From NCBI RefSeq assembly GCF_006345805.1, contig NC_043001.1, positions 69,998,001 to 70,062,000 of the forward strand: DNA of 64,000 nt. The letters are read 5' to 3'. The notes under the pieces are model-generated. The model saw only the letters and a list, made by a program, of their open reading frames with translations. It was not told the DNA's origin and did no database searches. Positions 12,038-25,060 of this stretch are shown here, in pieces (the first letter of the stretch is position 1; each line of letters opens with the position of its first letter). Source of the DNA: Octopus sinensis. Lineage: Eukaryota. A program made the position numbers and the translations under genes.

Positions 12038-12434
12038 CAGGTTGTCCCAAAAGACACTAATGAGTTTCAATTTATAATAACTTCCTTAATGTTATAAACA
12101 AACGCATGAAATTTTGATAAAGTTTTACATAATGAAAATTAATATGCACAAGTCAAATCCCGCAATACTACTAGTTCACATATGATAAATGACATCGCTT
12201 AAATGGCAACCATTTTCGGCTTCGCACACCCGTGCTCTTTCCAAAATTTGCACCAAGGCACTCTCGAAATTTTCAGACTCCACTTCTCTGATGTCTCTAT
12301 TAATGTTCTACTTCAGTGGCACCAAGGTTTCCGTTTTGTTAACGTAAATCCTCTCTTTCAGGTATCCCCACAAGAAAAACATTTAATGAAGTTATTATAG
12401 ATTAAAATTAATCAGTGACTTTTGGGATACCCTG
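12038..12434 (-). mobile_element. Non-autonomous Tc1/mariner deletion derivative with ~50-bp TIRs and TA TSDs
   Basis: Left end CAGGTTGTCCCAAAAGACACTAATGAG..TATAATAACTTC matches the reverse complement of the right end CAGGGTATCCCAAAAGTCACTGATTAA..TATAATAACTTC. TA on both sides. The interior encodes a transposase C-terminus WGYLKERIYVNKTETL..ERARVCEAENGCHLSDVIYHM*. Confidence 0.88.
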
Positions 12435-12638
12435 TATATACATCGATGCAAGCCATAATATACACATTTTCATATGACGGTATTCATTCTCAGTTTTACT
12501 TCATTCCCTATTTTGCAATGTATCTTGGTCATGTTCATATTTTTACGATAGGAAATATGGAATTATAGCAATATGAAAATATATTCGCTGTTTTCACTTA
12601 GTTTCCTGACAGTCACTCTCACTCTCTGTATGATGTAT

Positions 12639-12677
<39 letters not shown>

Positions 12678-14202
12678 TATGCATACATACACACACAACA
12701 TATATATATATAGGGAGATAGAGATGCGAAGGGGTAGACAGGCAGACGGACAAACAGACAAATAAATGGACAGATACACAGATACTTAGATACGTATAAT
12801 GCAGTTCATGCATATAGGTATACGCACTATTTTGCATTCATGCATACGTGTATGACTATGCATAGAAAATCATCCGTTCACACATAAAAATGCATATTCA
12901 TGTGTGTGAGGGTATATATGTGTGTGTATTCGTGCATGTTTACAAGATTGTGGGTACATTTGTACTTGCATGTGTGGATGTAAGCATTTTGACTGATATA
13001 TACGTAAACGTATTGCATGCCAAACGTCTTAAAGGTTTTGCATATTTTGACAGGACTATTGATGGTTTGTAGATGTAATCTGTTCATTATTCCTGATTTC
13101 AAATTCTCCGATCAGTTATTCACATAGCCTTGTTTATATGTTAGCACATAGTTATATTTGTATGAACACATGTCGGTGTACCTGTATGTATTTCAGTAAG
13201 TATCAATGAATTTAGACATATATTTATTTAAACAAGTGTATTTAAACATATATGTGTGTGTTTGTGCGTGCATGTGTGAGCGTGTGTGTGGTTTTTGTGT
13301 GTGTCTCTACATTACTCGAAGCACATAAGCGTTTGCATGCATATACGCGTGTACTATTATCTACCTGGAAATCATGCACAGCACTTTATACACTAAATAT
13401 GATATCGATGGAATCATTAAGATCAAGATGTAATCCAACTTAATTAGTGATGATACAACCGATAATATTCATGTCAATTAATATAACCAATAGATCATAT
13501 CACAGAATCAATAGATAGAAATCGACTCCTGCTTTTAAGAAGAAACTAAGAAAATTCTTTTGTTTATATTTGTTATTTCTTCAACAATTCGAAAAACTAA
13601 TAAATATTTACCAATGTTTTTTCTTTATTGCATTAAACACGAATGTGGAAAAAGTGAGAAGGAGAAATTATTACATAAAACATAAATCTTAGAATTTTGA
13701 GCATTTTGGGACAGCAACGTTTAAATGTACGAATGTGTACCTTTACAAAAATCATTGTGATTTTATTGAAAGCATGATGTAAGAGCTGATGCTCCATTTT
13801 AAGTATTGAACTATGTGGGAAATTTCGCTAAAAAACTCATTTCGGTAAAATAAGTTAAAATTAGAGACCGTAATACAATGTAAAACACAAAATGCATGTC
13901 TGTGTAATTTGAAAGGACTGAGAGTGACAGAGAGAGGGGGAGGGGAAGGGAGAGAGAGATGGAGAGAGGGAGGGCAAGGGATATATGGAGAGGGGGGGAA
14001 AGGGAGAGAGATGGAGGGGGGAAGGAAAGGGAGAGAAAGAAAGAGAGAAAGAAAGACAGGGAGAGCGTGTATGAGAAAGAGAGAGGCTATGTGTGCCTTT
14101 CTTTGTGAGTATATCTGCAGAAAATGAGAGTGTGCGTGCGTGCTTATGTTTGAAAGAGAGACAACGTTTTTTTCCCAGGAGAGAGGGAACGTATTTCTGC
14201 TG

Positions 14203-14263
<61 letters not shown>

Positions 14264-14489
14264 TGTGTGTATGATTGAAGTGTTTGTGTGTCTGTAAGAC
14301 AGTACTTCTAATACTAATGCAATTCAGTATTCACTACCTCCGCAAAAAATGCAGCACACACAACCCCACTAGCACAAAGGTGCCACAGATGATGTAATGG
14401 TAAGTCGCTTGAGTCTTTCAGATGTCGAAAAATAACAGTGACGACAGCGATAGTGAAGAACGTTACTTTACGTCAGTTTATGAGAGGAA

Positions 14490-15805
14490 AATTAAGCTGG
14501 ACATGTAAGGGAAGGCCTCTCACTCTGCAGTGGTTCAGTAAAAATGCAGAATGACCACAGCTATTATCCTAATGCAGAATCAGCAGATAATAGAGAAAGT
14601 CGAAGGAACTGGACTAGCGAAGAAAACAGGATAGTTATGCCGAGCTACTCAGAAAGTGAACCTAAAAGAAGGGGCTATAGAAAACGGATGATAAAACTTG
14701 GGGTAGAGAAGGGTATGTATAAAGTGACTGAGCAGAGATCATGCTAATGCTATTAGGAGAAGAAAGTGGACGTCAGAATAGGAGGGAGAAGAGATGACAA
14801 GAGAACTGGAAAAGAAAGACGAGGCTGTAGGAAAGACAAACAACAACATAAGACATACAACTCAAACAAAAAAGAATCCAAACAAAAAACCATAATAGCG
14901 CTACCAATAAAAAAAAAGGCAACTAGCACCAGCAACTTAAGTGATTTAAGTGAAGATTTTAGATGAGCTGTGGTAAGTAAAGAGTAAAGCAGTAAGAAAC
15001 AGACTACTAGCATTAAAAGGCACCAAGGATTACATTAATGGAAGAATAATACCAGATTGGATGCCTAGATGAAGGACAATACTCATCATGATGAAAGATA
15101 AGAGCAACGGCAATACAGCTAGCGTTAGTGTGGAAGCTGTTAACGGGAATTCTTTCAGAAAGTATTTACAAGCACCTTCTTGACAACCAGAATTTACTGC
15201 CAAAAGAAAATAAAGTTTGCCCGAAAAAGGCTAAAGAAATGCATGATCTATTATACATAGACAAAGAAGCAGTTATAAATGAAATAAAAGCTACGAAGAA
15301 ACGTCTACCAATAACATGGATAGATTAAAGGAAAGTCTATGACATGATACCTACCAGATGCATGGATAAGTAAATGTTTGAGTACATTCAGGACAGCAAA
15401 CAACAGAAGAGAATTAATTAGCTTTAGCTTGAAGAAATGGGAAGTAGATATCTACTAAGATGACACATTCTTAAGGAAAGTGAATATGAAAAGAGAAATT
15501 TTGAAGGGGAACTCGTTCTTCAGTTTAATATTTGTCTTATGTTTGATCCCTTTCGGTTTAGTATTAAGGAAGTCAAAGGTAAGGTATCAGTTGAGAAATA
15601 GCAAGGGAAAAATTAAACAGTTGCTCTACATGGATGATCTAAAACTTTGTAGTAAGAATGAAAATGAAATACATTCCTTAATACAGTCTGTAAGATTCTT
15701 CAGCAAAGATATCGGCATGGAATCTGTCATAGATAAGTGTGGATATTAGTCATGAGAAGGGGACAGGTAGTCAACAGCGAAGGTATCCAATTACAAATAT
15801 CAATT
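14490..15805 (+). mobile_element. R4/Dong-clade non-LTR retrotransposon remnant (N-terminal region + RT), internally deleted
   Basis: RRNWTSEENRIVM..SEPKRRGYRKRM...EQR (N-terminal domain); VWKLLTGILSESIYKHL; WID*RKVYDMIP; KREILKGNSFFSLIFVLCLIP; QLLYMDDLKLCSK; DIGMESVIDKC. Many stops. Confidence 0.8.
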
Positions 15806-15900
15806 AAAAACATCATGAAAATTTATGAACTGATCTTGGAGAACCGTCACGGAACAATTGACGAACTTGTCGATATAACCGATGTGTTCTGGGGCACAAC
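15805..15900 (+). mobile_element. Short mariner transposase HTH fragment
   Basis: [30 protein letters not shown] resembles mariner 'ENIEKVRELILEDRR.TIDELA'. Confidence 0.45.
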
Positions 15901-15947
15901 AGACATATGTGTATGAATATATATGTAATGTAATATATACATATATA

Positions 15948-16004
<57 letters not shown>

Positions 16005-16520
16005 ATACATATATATATATATATATATACATACATACATACCTATATACATTATATATATATATATATGTGTGTGTGTGCATAGTTGTAGTAATACGAC
16101 ACAATAGAAAATCAGCGTCAGACAACCAAGTAGGCAAACAAAAAGTCACGCGTCATTCACTGCTAGAGACTCAGCTAAGTTTAACGATCATCATTGTTCA
16201 ATTGCCAAGCATTTATTTCCGAAAACAGCCCAGAGAAATGCCTCGCGCTGTTAAGGTATGTTAGGTTGTCAAGGAGAAAGAATCAATTCTGGTGTTTTGA
16301 ACAAAAATCGATAACACGCAGGATGTAGAACGTAAAATAATCGATTGAAGAAAGCATTTAAAGTTCAGTACCAGAGACAACACACACCAAGAACAAAAAC
16401 ATATATAGATAGGCATTCATATATATATTGTGTGTTAGTGTGTGTGTGTGTGCGTGTATGTGTGCGTGTGTGAGTGTGTGTGCATATATATATCTATATG
16501 TGTGGGTGTGTGTACGTATG

Positions 16521-16552
<32 letters not shown>

Positions 16553-17919
16553 CGTACGTATGTATGTATGTATGTATGTATGTATGTATGTATGTATGTA
16601 TGTATGTATGTATATGCTTGGCAAACAGTCACTTGTAAGCAAGTATGATCTGGGTACGATTTGGGTGTTTATTGCTTTGTAACGTATGTTGGCACAAGCA
16701 AATAAAGACCAACTCCCTGTATTTCCTCCCTTGACGCAGTGAAATGTAAGGTGTAAGTTGTGAATGAATCACTGATATCTCAAGCGGTTGAGCATCATTC
16801 GATGACAACACCAAGTAAAACCGAAATCATGTGATGTGTTAGTTTCGTCGCTGGCGATGTCGGGAATTTATCCCTCTGCTAGCGATAAGGTCAGATGTGC
16901 ATATTGCACCAAAAGCCAATACGGGAGTGTGTGTTGTGGCATCTACCGCAGTACAGTTTGTTCTAATAGAACATCCACGTTTAAGTGGGAATAAATAATT
17001 ACAACAGTGTGAGCTTAGCTCCAAGTAAACTCTTACCAGGTGGAAGTGTTAAGTGTTAGGTTAGATGGAGGAAAACGTCTACTTGTATGAACATCTTATA
17101 CTCAAACTGCTGTTATGTCATTAAGTGATATATATATGTGTGTGTGTATAAACATAAAACTTGTACGTGCATCTTTCAAGGAAATTTGAATCCGTAAATG
17201 CATTTTACATCAATTCTCGCTTTAACGCAAGAGTTGTTAAAATATCATAGTCAGCATATATTTGTGTTTGATGTGTATTACTTGTTACGGCACTAGATTT
17301 TAGTCAACCAATGGTTGTCTCAATATATAATAGACAGAAACTTTTACTATAAAACACCGATGTTTTATGTTAATCAGTTCACAATCTAAGCGTCTAAAAT
17401 GAAGACTCGGTTTATAGGAAAGCAATATAAAAAATAATAACCGAAACACACTTTGTCGGTGTTAATCTATTTCCAGCGAGTAGGTGACGAAACAACCGAT
17501 TTGACCTAAAACATTTCTTTCCACAAATAAACGTAATGTTCGAGTAAGATCAGTTAAAAGAAACCTTTACGGATCCTAGTATTTATTCCCGAAAACATTA
17601 TGCTCATTGGACCAGCTGGCTGGTTCGTTGGCTGGTTGTTTGATTTGTATAGTCTGGCATTAATTAAAATTTAATGACGGGTAGAAAAAGAGAGAGAAAA
17701 TGGGGCACAAATTAAATTAACAACAGAGGGATGTTGAAGTTGACGAACAAGGGGTGTTGCTAATGATGCCTAAAGTTACGTAGTTGATGGACGCCATGTG
17801 CATGATGCGTTTACACAAAAATATTTTTCATGTGTGCGGAATGCTCTGTCCGTGACACCAACACGCACAAAAGGACATTTAGTCATACATTTGCGAACTT
17901 TCTCTCTCTCACTCTCTCC

Positions 17920-17956
<37 letters not shown>

Positions 17957-18116
17957 GCGCACAAACACACACACATACATAGAGATGTATCTACAATTTA
18001 GGAAGGACAAATCACTTTGTAAGAGATAAAGAATATATTGATTTACATAGCTGTACATATTTATGTACATGCGTGTGTGCGTGTGTATATGTGTATATAT
18101 ACTTGCCAAAGGTTAT

Positions 18117-18247
18117 TGGCACCTTGGGCAAGTCTCCTCTACTATAGTTTCGGGTCGACCAAATCCTTGTGAGTGGATTTGATAGCCGGAAATTGAAAGA
18201 AGCCCGTCGTATATATATATATATATATTGATATTGACATATATATA

Positions 18248-18278
<31 letters not shown>

Positions 18279-18364
18279 TTGTCCTCCAACATCGCTTGAC
18301 AAACGATGCTGGTGTGTTTACGTCAGCTTGGCACCAGTCAAATGACTGAAACAAGTTAAGAGTA
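18117..18364 (+). mobile_element. SINE family 1, 5'-truncated and internally deleted
   Basis: Shares TGGCACCTTGGGCAAG, GAAAGAAGCCCGTCGTATA, CGCTTGACAA.CGATGCTGG and CAGTCAAATGACTGAAACAAG with the 37011 copy. Confidence 0.85.
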
Positions 18365-18529
18365 TATATATATATATATATTGGTATTGATATTTAACGG
18401 AAGCAACAGAGTGCCTCTAGAGCACTTATCAGATCAGTTCCTGCTAAATGTTATATACATAGTCATATTTTGAGTTATATTTCATGTATGTGCATGTATA
18501 TATGTATATATGTGTGTTGGTGTCTGTGT

Positions 18530-18880
18530 GGTATATGTGGGTACAGGACGTCATGAAAGGTGTATAACAAAAATGTACGAAGCACGAGTACGTGGAACAT
18601 GAAGTATTTTTCGAACAACGAAAGACAAAAATGGAAAAGAAAACAAACAACATAAAAACGACCCTTCATCAGTTGTTGGCAATTTTTCTAGTTTCGTATT
18701 TCGAGCATTTAACTACAATATACGCTTTCGATAAAAATGTTGCTTCCGCAAAAGAAATTAAATAACATTTGGCATTTTGCGGAGGGTCAAAATACGTAGC
18801 ACACACAAGACAGTGATAACAAACAGGAAGGGCTGCTAAACCTAAACGAGGTTGTAGTAGCGAACGCGTAAATCAAGCTA
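18530..18880 (-). repeat. Interspersed repeat family X, copy 2
   Basis: Reverse complement similarity to 9245-9545, and similarity to 29990-30370. Confidence 0.75.
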
Positions 18881-19167
18881 GGACAGGAGACAAACAAGAA
18901 CACGTCTTCCTTGTTCCAGCTACACCGGAGAGAAAGAAAGAAAGATGGGCGAAGTTCATGTGGGAAGCACCTGAGCAAGGGAGAAGTGAGGGAGAGAGAG
19001 TGACAGAGTAATAGGACAGAAAAGTGAGAGTAGAAGAGATTAAAGAATAAGAGAGAGAAAATGAGAGAAAAACGAAGATTAAAAAATCGTTTAGAGTGGG
19101 CATCAGAATTATTAAGATAAAACTTACTTGGAAGAGGATGCGTGGCGTTCAATCATATAATAATAAT

Positions 19168-19221
<54 letters not shown>

Positions 19222-19349
19222 GTGCATATATTCATCTGTATATATATATATATATATATATGTATATACAAACATATACATACGTAAATATATATAAATG
19301 TACATAATGTATACATATATGTATGCCTATATACATATATCCAGCACAT

Positions 19350-19395
<46 letters not shown>

Positions 19396-20029
19396 GATAG
19401 TAGAGAGAGAAGAGAGAGAGAGGAAAAGTGGGAGAGAAAAAGAACCAGAGAGAGAGAAAGTTACATAGATGGATATAGAGATATATTATGTAAAGATAAT
19501 TAATAAGGACTGTTTACTCATGCTCTAAGCTGCCAAAGCTCCTTGTCGTAATGCGGGTAAGCCATTTGCATACGATAAATCCATATTCAAATATTCGAAT
19601 CATTTTATTGACCTCTGTTGACATGTCATTGAACTTTATTGAGACCAATATCAGAATTTACATCCGTATATTTGTGCAGCGTAATAATTTTATGGATGCA
19701 AGATTTAGCGATTTTTGCATATTTTAAAGATAATTTTTACCGGACATGAAGTGTGAATCTTCCTTGAAATGCCATGATACGATACGGTCGATACATATAT
19801 TAAATGAATACTATAATGCATAAATACAATATATGATAATATTGTAATATATACTGATGAAAAATTACAACCGTATCTGTGATGAAGATTGCCTAAAGTA
19901 GAGTGCCATTAAAAAAATACCTTGTTTGTTTTATTATTATTTTCTGCAGTGAAATATACAACTGGTGTTTGGCATTATCCAGGGACTGCTGATGATGAAT
20001 ATGATATTGATTGTAATGATGCTCGTGAT

Positions 20030-20130
20030 GATGATTATGATGATGATGGTGGTGGTGGTGGTGGTGGTGGTGGTGGTGGTGGTGGTGGTGGTGGTGGTGA
20101 TGGTGGTGGTGGTGGTGATGATGATGACAA
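20030..20130. repeat. (GAT)n(GGT)n trinucleotide microsatellite
   Basis: Directly visible. Explains the poly-G/D/T/V ORFs. Confidence 0.97.
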
Positions 20131-20746
20131 CGACTATGAGAATGAATATAGCTACAACGATGAGAACCACCACAACCACCACTACAATGATAAGGGTGAG
20201 TATGAAGATTTGAGAACGTTTTTGAATTAATGAATTTTAATTCTACTCCTATTCCATTTAATGTTAATTGATCGTTGCATCAGCCGAATCTCCCGATTGT
20301 CCCTAATATAACCTCTTTTTTCCTTTAATATATGCCTCTTTATGTGTATGAGTCGCTTTCTTTGTACGATCGTGTGTTTCTATATGAATGCCAGAGTGAG
20401 TGAGTGTACAGGCAGTTAGTACAAAGATATTGCCGTTTAAGCTTGTGGAATATTTGGTCCATGATTAATAGTTCGTTTAAATTGATTTCTACAGCCGGGA
20501 TGGATTAAATGTACTTTTTCACAGTACATTTACTTCTATGTATATGTACATTTTTACATACACACCGAAATCTAATTGAGCGTGTGCCTCTTTCTTTAGA
20601 TAACTCATTACCATCTATAGCTTTAGTAAAATCATGAATATTAACCTTAACATAAATTTGATCTTTACTCTTGTATAACTGTAAATATGTATGTATGTAT
20701 GTAAGAATGTATGTATGTAAGTATCTATGTATGCATGTGTATATAA

Positions 20747-20781
<35 letters not shown>

Positions 20782-20984
20782 GTGTGTTTGTGTGTGTGTA
20801 TCCATATGTAAATGAATGTATACATATACATGCATGTGGGCGTTTCTGCGTGTGTGTGTACTTCTGTATGTATTAACATATTCAGTATTATATGTCCATT
20901 ATTCTTAATAATACAGCCACTCTATCGACAGACATATGGCTGCTTTTCTTTCTGATTACAAAGACACACCACACACACAACTCA

Positions 20985-21058
<74 letters not shown>

Positions 21059-21111
21059 ATATACATATATGTTTATATATGAATGTGTGTATATATATAT
21101 AGGTATATATG

Positions 21112-21183
<72 letters not shown>

Positions 21184-21429
21184 TAGAGAGAGATTGATAG
21201 ATAGATAGACAGATAGATAGATAGATAGATAGAAACATGGATAGGTTTGAAACATATGTAGTATAAGATTTTACATACACACACACACACGCATATGCAC
21301 ACACACACGTGTATATATAAAATAACAAATCCCCCCCCCAAAGAAAAATCGAAGAATAAACACAAAAAAACAATAACGCGATTACGTCGTATATGTAATG
21401 TGTTAGCAGACGCTCAGGGAAGAAAAGAA

Positions 21430-21466
21430 CGTTTAACGTTTCGAGCAGGGCTCTTCTTCAGAAACA
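21430..21466 (-). ncRNA. Minimal type I hammerhead ribozyme (palindromic stem III, probably dimer-dependent) in a short PLE-terminal repeat
   Basis: Minus strand: TGTTT-CTGAAGA-A-GAGC-cct-GCTC-GAAAC-GTT-AAACG. Stem I GTTT/AAAC, stem II GAGC/GCTC, AACGTT palindrome. Confidence 0.7.
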
Positions 21467-21669
21467 GAGGGAAGTCCAATAGAAATATAGTTACATACAT
21501 ATGTGTGTCTGTGTGTGAGTGAGTGTGTGTATGCGTAGTATATACATATATACTCGCGTTAAATTTATTTTCTCTACGTAGGTTTTGTATATAATACCTA
21601 GTAACACACACACACACACATATATATATATAATTACATATATATATATATATATTATATATATATATA

Positions 21670-21701
<32 letters not shown>

Positions 21702-21707
21702 ATGTAT

Positions 21708-21739
<32 letters not shown>

Positions 21740-21955
21740 TATTATTATATTATATATATATTATATGTATGTAGAATGTATGTACCTATGCATATGAATA
21801 TTACAGTGAAGCATTACTATAGCGTCTTATATTATCGACTGCTATTACCAGTAAATATTGGTGCATTGTAGTACCACTATGTTCTCTCTATATATATAAG
21901 ATATATATATATATAGATACATAACATACATGTATACGTATATGGATTATGTAAG

Positions 21956-21986
<31 letters not shown>

Positions 21987-22047
21987 CTATGTATCTATGT
22001 ATTTATGTATCTATGTATGTATCAATGTATCTGTAAGTGCATATATA

Positions 22048-22104
<57 letters not shown>

Positions 22105-22944
22105 TTTTGCCTGAAATCTTAGTATTGATGAGAGTATCTACTTGAGTAATCAACTAATATTTGTTGTGTAAATACTTCAGGCAAAAACGGTCAAGATGAT
22201 ACAATTTGAAGTAAGTATATAGAAGAAAAAAAAGGAAATAGTTATTTTGTTTTAGACTTGCGTAGTGCAGTTTTGACACGTAGCACACAAATTCCTAGCA
22301 TTGAAATCTAACCGGTTCATATTACATTTAGTATATTTTCACTGGTGGCTCTAGGAAAGCAAGAATGTTTTAATGTAATTAGAACTTGAGTCAGTCTACT
22401 GAGCGGTGTCCTGTCTGTAACAAGCAATTGAATCAGGTTTCGGAACACTTGCGAAACACACATACGCACAGATGGAGGACTACAAAACAAACATACGCAC
22501 AGAGGGAGAGGGGGCGTGTGGAAGAGCAAACACACCCATGCAAGCACGTGCAGATATATCTGCATATGTGGGAAGTGCACCAATTCACATCTAATACTCC
22601 CCGCCGGTTACAATTCAATTACCTAGATATTTCTCAACTGCAGGCTATGGTACACTCTTACCATAACAGTGTTGGTGGAGGTGCTGTATGTGTTGATGAT
22701 GTCTGTATTGATGTCATAATAGTGGTCAATATGCTGATCGTGGTAAAGACTTTTAAGAATGTAATATACAACAATAACAACAAAAACAAGAGAAACAAAG
22801 GAAATAATAGGTAGTTTTCTACCTCTGCCCATACACACACACACAAACACATATCAATATGTGTGTGTGTGTGTGTTTGTGTGTGCGTGCGCGTGTATGT
22901 GGTGTATGTGATGTGTGTGTGTGTGTGTGTACGTATATATATAT

Positions 22945-23150
22945 CTAGAAAAAGGATATAGTATGCTGCGAGTTGAATGAGTTCGTCTCTCTCTGGTGAT
23001 TAACACGCACTGAATATGGGTAGTTACCAGAAACTCGGGTCTATGTGAATCCCTTAAGGCTAGAGATGGGAGCGATGACCTCCCTCGCAAATACTAATCG
23101 GACACAGACTGTGTGTCGTTAGCCAGCTGGAGAAGATATCTTCCTGGGGC
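22945..23150 (+). repeat. Structured ~200-bp HHR-bearing repeat, copy A
   Basis: Similar to 23266-23450 (same strand, ~321-bp period) and to the reverse complement of 23765-23969. Contains CTGAATA-TGG..CCA-GAAAC-tcgg-GTC. Confidence 0.8.
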
Positions 23151-23265
23151 TCGTACACCAGTAACACCAGTAACATCATCCTCTATAACAAACATATTTT
23201 ATGATTCCGTACAGAGATTTAATATAACTTCTCTCCCTTTTCAAGAGATCAGCAGCAGTGTGTCG

Positions 23266-23450
23266 CTAGAAAAGGGACTTGGTATTTTGGGAGTGGAATG
23301 GCTTCTTCATCACTGAAGACGGGGAACTATCCAGAAACTCAGTTCCATGTGTATCACGTAACGCTAGAGATGGGAGCGATGAGGTCCCTCGCAAATACTA
23401 AGACACAGACTGTGTCGTTAGCCAGCCGGAGAAGACGTCTTCCTCGGACT
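23266..23450 (+). repeat. Structured HHR-bearing repeat, copy B
   Basis: CTAGAAAAGGGA...CACTGAAGACGGGGAACTATCCAGAAACTC...GCTAGAGATGGGAGCGATGA..TCCCTCGCAAATACTAA..GACACAGACTGTGTCGTTAGCCAGC.GGAGAAGACGTCTTCC. Confidence 0.8.
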
Positions 23451-23520
23451 AAAAACAACAGATCATCGTCCTCGAAAGAGCGCCACATTTAGTCGGCAAA
23501 TGTATTTTACTATATATCTA

Positions 23521-23656
<136 letters not shown>

Positions 23657-23764
23657 ATGATAAATCTCAGAGCGAGTTATAAACAGTAGCGGTAACACAT
23701 CGTGTTGCATATTTGCCATTTGAATATGGCTAACCCATAAGGGTAGATGCTACTGTAGTTTGTA

Positions 23765-23969
23765 GCTCCAGGAAGATATCTCAACCAGCTGCCTATAGAC
23801 ACACTATCTGTGTCCTGTCAGTATTTGTGAAGGGGAGTCATCCTCCCCGTCTTCAACACATGATACACACGTACCCGAGTTTCAAGATGTTTACCTTTCA
23901 TCAGCGTGTGACAATCATGGTTGTCGATGAGAAGTCAGATCCCTTCACAAATACATATACATTTTCCAG
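23765..23969 (-). repeat. Structured HHR-bearing repeat, copy C (inverted)
   Basis: Reverse complement aligns with copies A and B along the whole unit. Confidence 0.8.
23860..23918 (-). ncRNA. Structurally complete type I hammerhead ribozyme with extended stem I
   Basis: Minus strand: ATGAT-tgt-CACACG-CTGATGA-AAGGT-aaac-ATCTT-GAAAC-tcgg-GTA-CGTGTG-t-ATCAT. All conserved core nucleotides present; GUA cleavage predicted between 23872 and 23871. Confidence 0.88.
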
Positions 23970-23971
23970 TG

Positions 23972-24045
<74 letters not shown>

Positions 24046-24381
24046 TATAATATATAAGTCAAAGTAGAAAATGCTAAAATTATTATATAAAATCATTTTA
24101 GTAACGGTTCCAGTTATTGAGACTTTTTCAACTATAAATATGCAAAACAATTAAATTTTTGAAAAATTAAAAGAAAAGTTTTTTTAAAGAATATTTGCAT
24201 AGTATTCAAATACAAGGGACATTTTTCTTGTTTCTGCCTGTCTCTGTCTCTCTTGTTTACTCTTGTGGGTTCGAGGAAAGTGTCAATGACTGAAACCGGT
24301 ACTGAAATGCTTTTATACAATTATTTTAACACTTTCTCTCTTGACTTTTTTCCATATATACCAACTCAGTGTTCCTTTTCA

Positions 24382-24433
<52 letters not shown>

Positions 24434-24468
24434 GTGTGTGTGTGTGTGTGTGTGGTGTTTGTGTGCAA

Positions 24469-24629
24469 GCACAGGAGTTTCTGTGTTTTAAGAAGCTTGG
24501 TTCCCAACCACATGGTTCCGGGTTTAGTCCTACTGCGTGGCACCTTAGGCGAGTGCTTTTTACTATAACCTCGAGCCGACCAAAGTATTATGAGTGAATT
24601 TGGTAGACAGAAACTGAAAGAAGCCCGTC

Positions 24630-24684
<55 letters not shown>

Positions 24685-24692
24685 TGTGTTTG

Positions 24693-24734
<42 letters not shown>

Positions 24735-24893
24735 GTCTGTTGCCCCACCTTCGCTTGACAACTGATGTTGGTGTGTTCACGTCCCCAGAATTTAGTGATT
24801 CGGCAAAAGAGACCGATAGAACAAGTACTAGACATATAAAGAATAAGTCCTGGGTTCGATTTGTTCCATTAAAGGTGGTGCTCCAGCATGGCA
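24469..24893 (+). mobile_element. SINE family 1, near full length, with expanded internal (TA)n(TG)n
   Basis: Colinear with the 37011-37430 copy. Confidence 0.88.
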
Positions 24894-24899
24894 ATTTCA

Positions 24900-25060
24900 G
24901 GGCCGGTTGCTAGGTAGATTACACTGATCCCAGTGGTTAACTGGTACTTATTTTATCAATCATCGTATGAAAGAAAGGCAAGGTCGATCCAGATGGAATT
25001 TGAATTAAGGATATATTGACGGACAAAACACCGCTAAGCATTTCGCAAATTATGCTAAAA
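24900..25060 (-). mobile_element. SINE family 4 (Nin/Deu-like central domain), degenerate
   Basis: GGTACTTATTTTATC..GAAAGGCAAGGTCGA..GAATTTGAA..ACCGCTAAGCATTTCG. Shared with 25775-25960, 44957-45120 and 52430-53405. Confidence 0.65.

Noticed and set aside
18600-18680. Minus-strand CTGATGAAGGGTC as a hammerhead core (and TTGATGAAGGG at ~30125)
   Set aside because: No stem II partner adjacent to a GAAA and no stem I/III pairing could be built.
22945-23450. CRISPR-like repeat-spacer interpretation of this repeat and of 4970-5345
   Set aside because: The units are long, diverged and few, with no constant short repeat and unique spacers, no cas genes, and a eukaryotic context.
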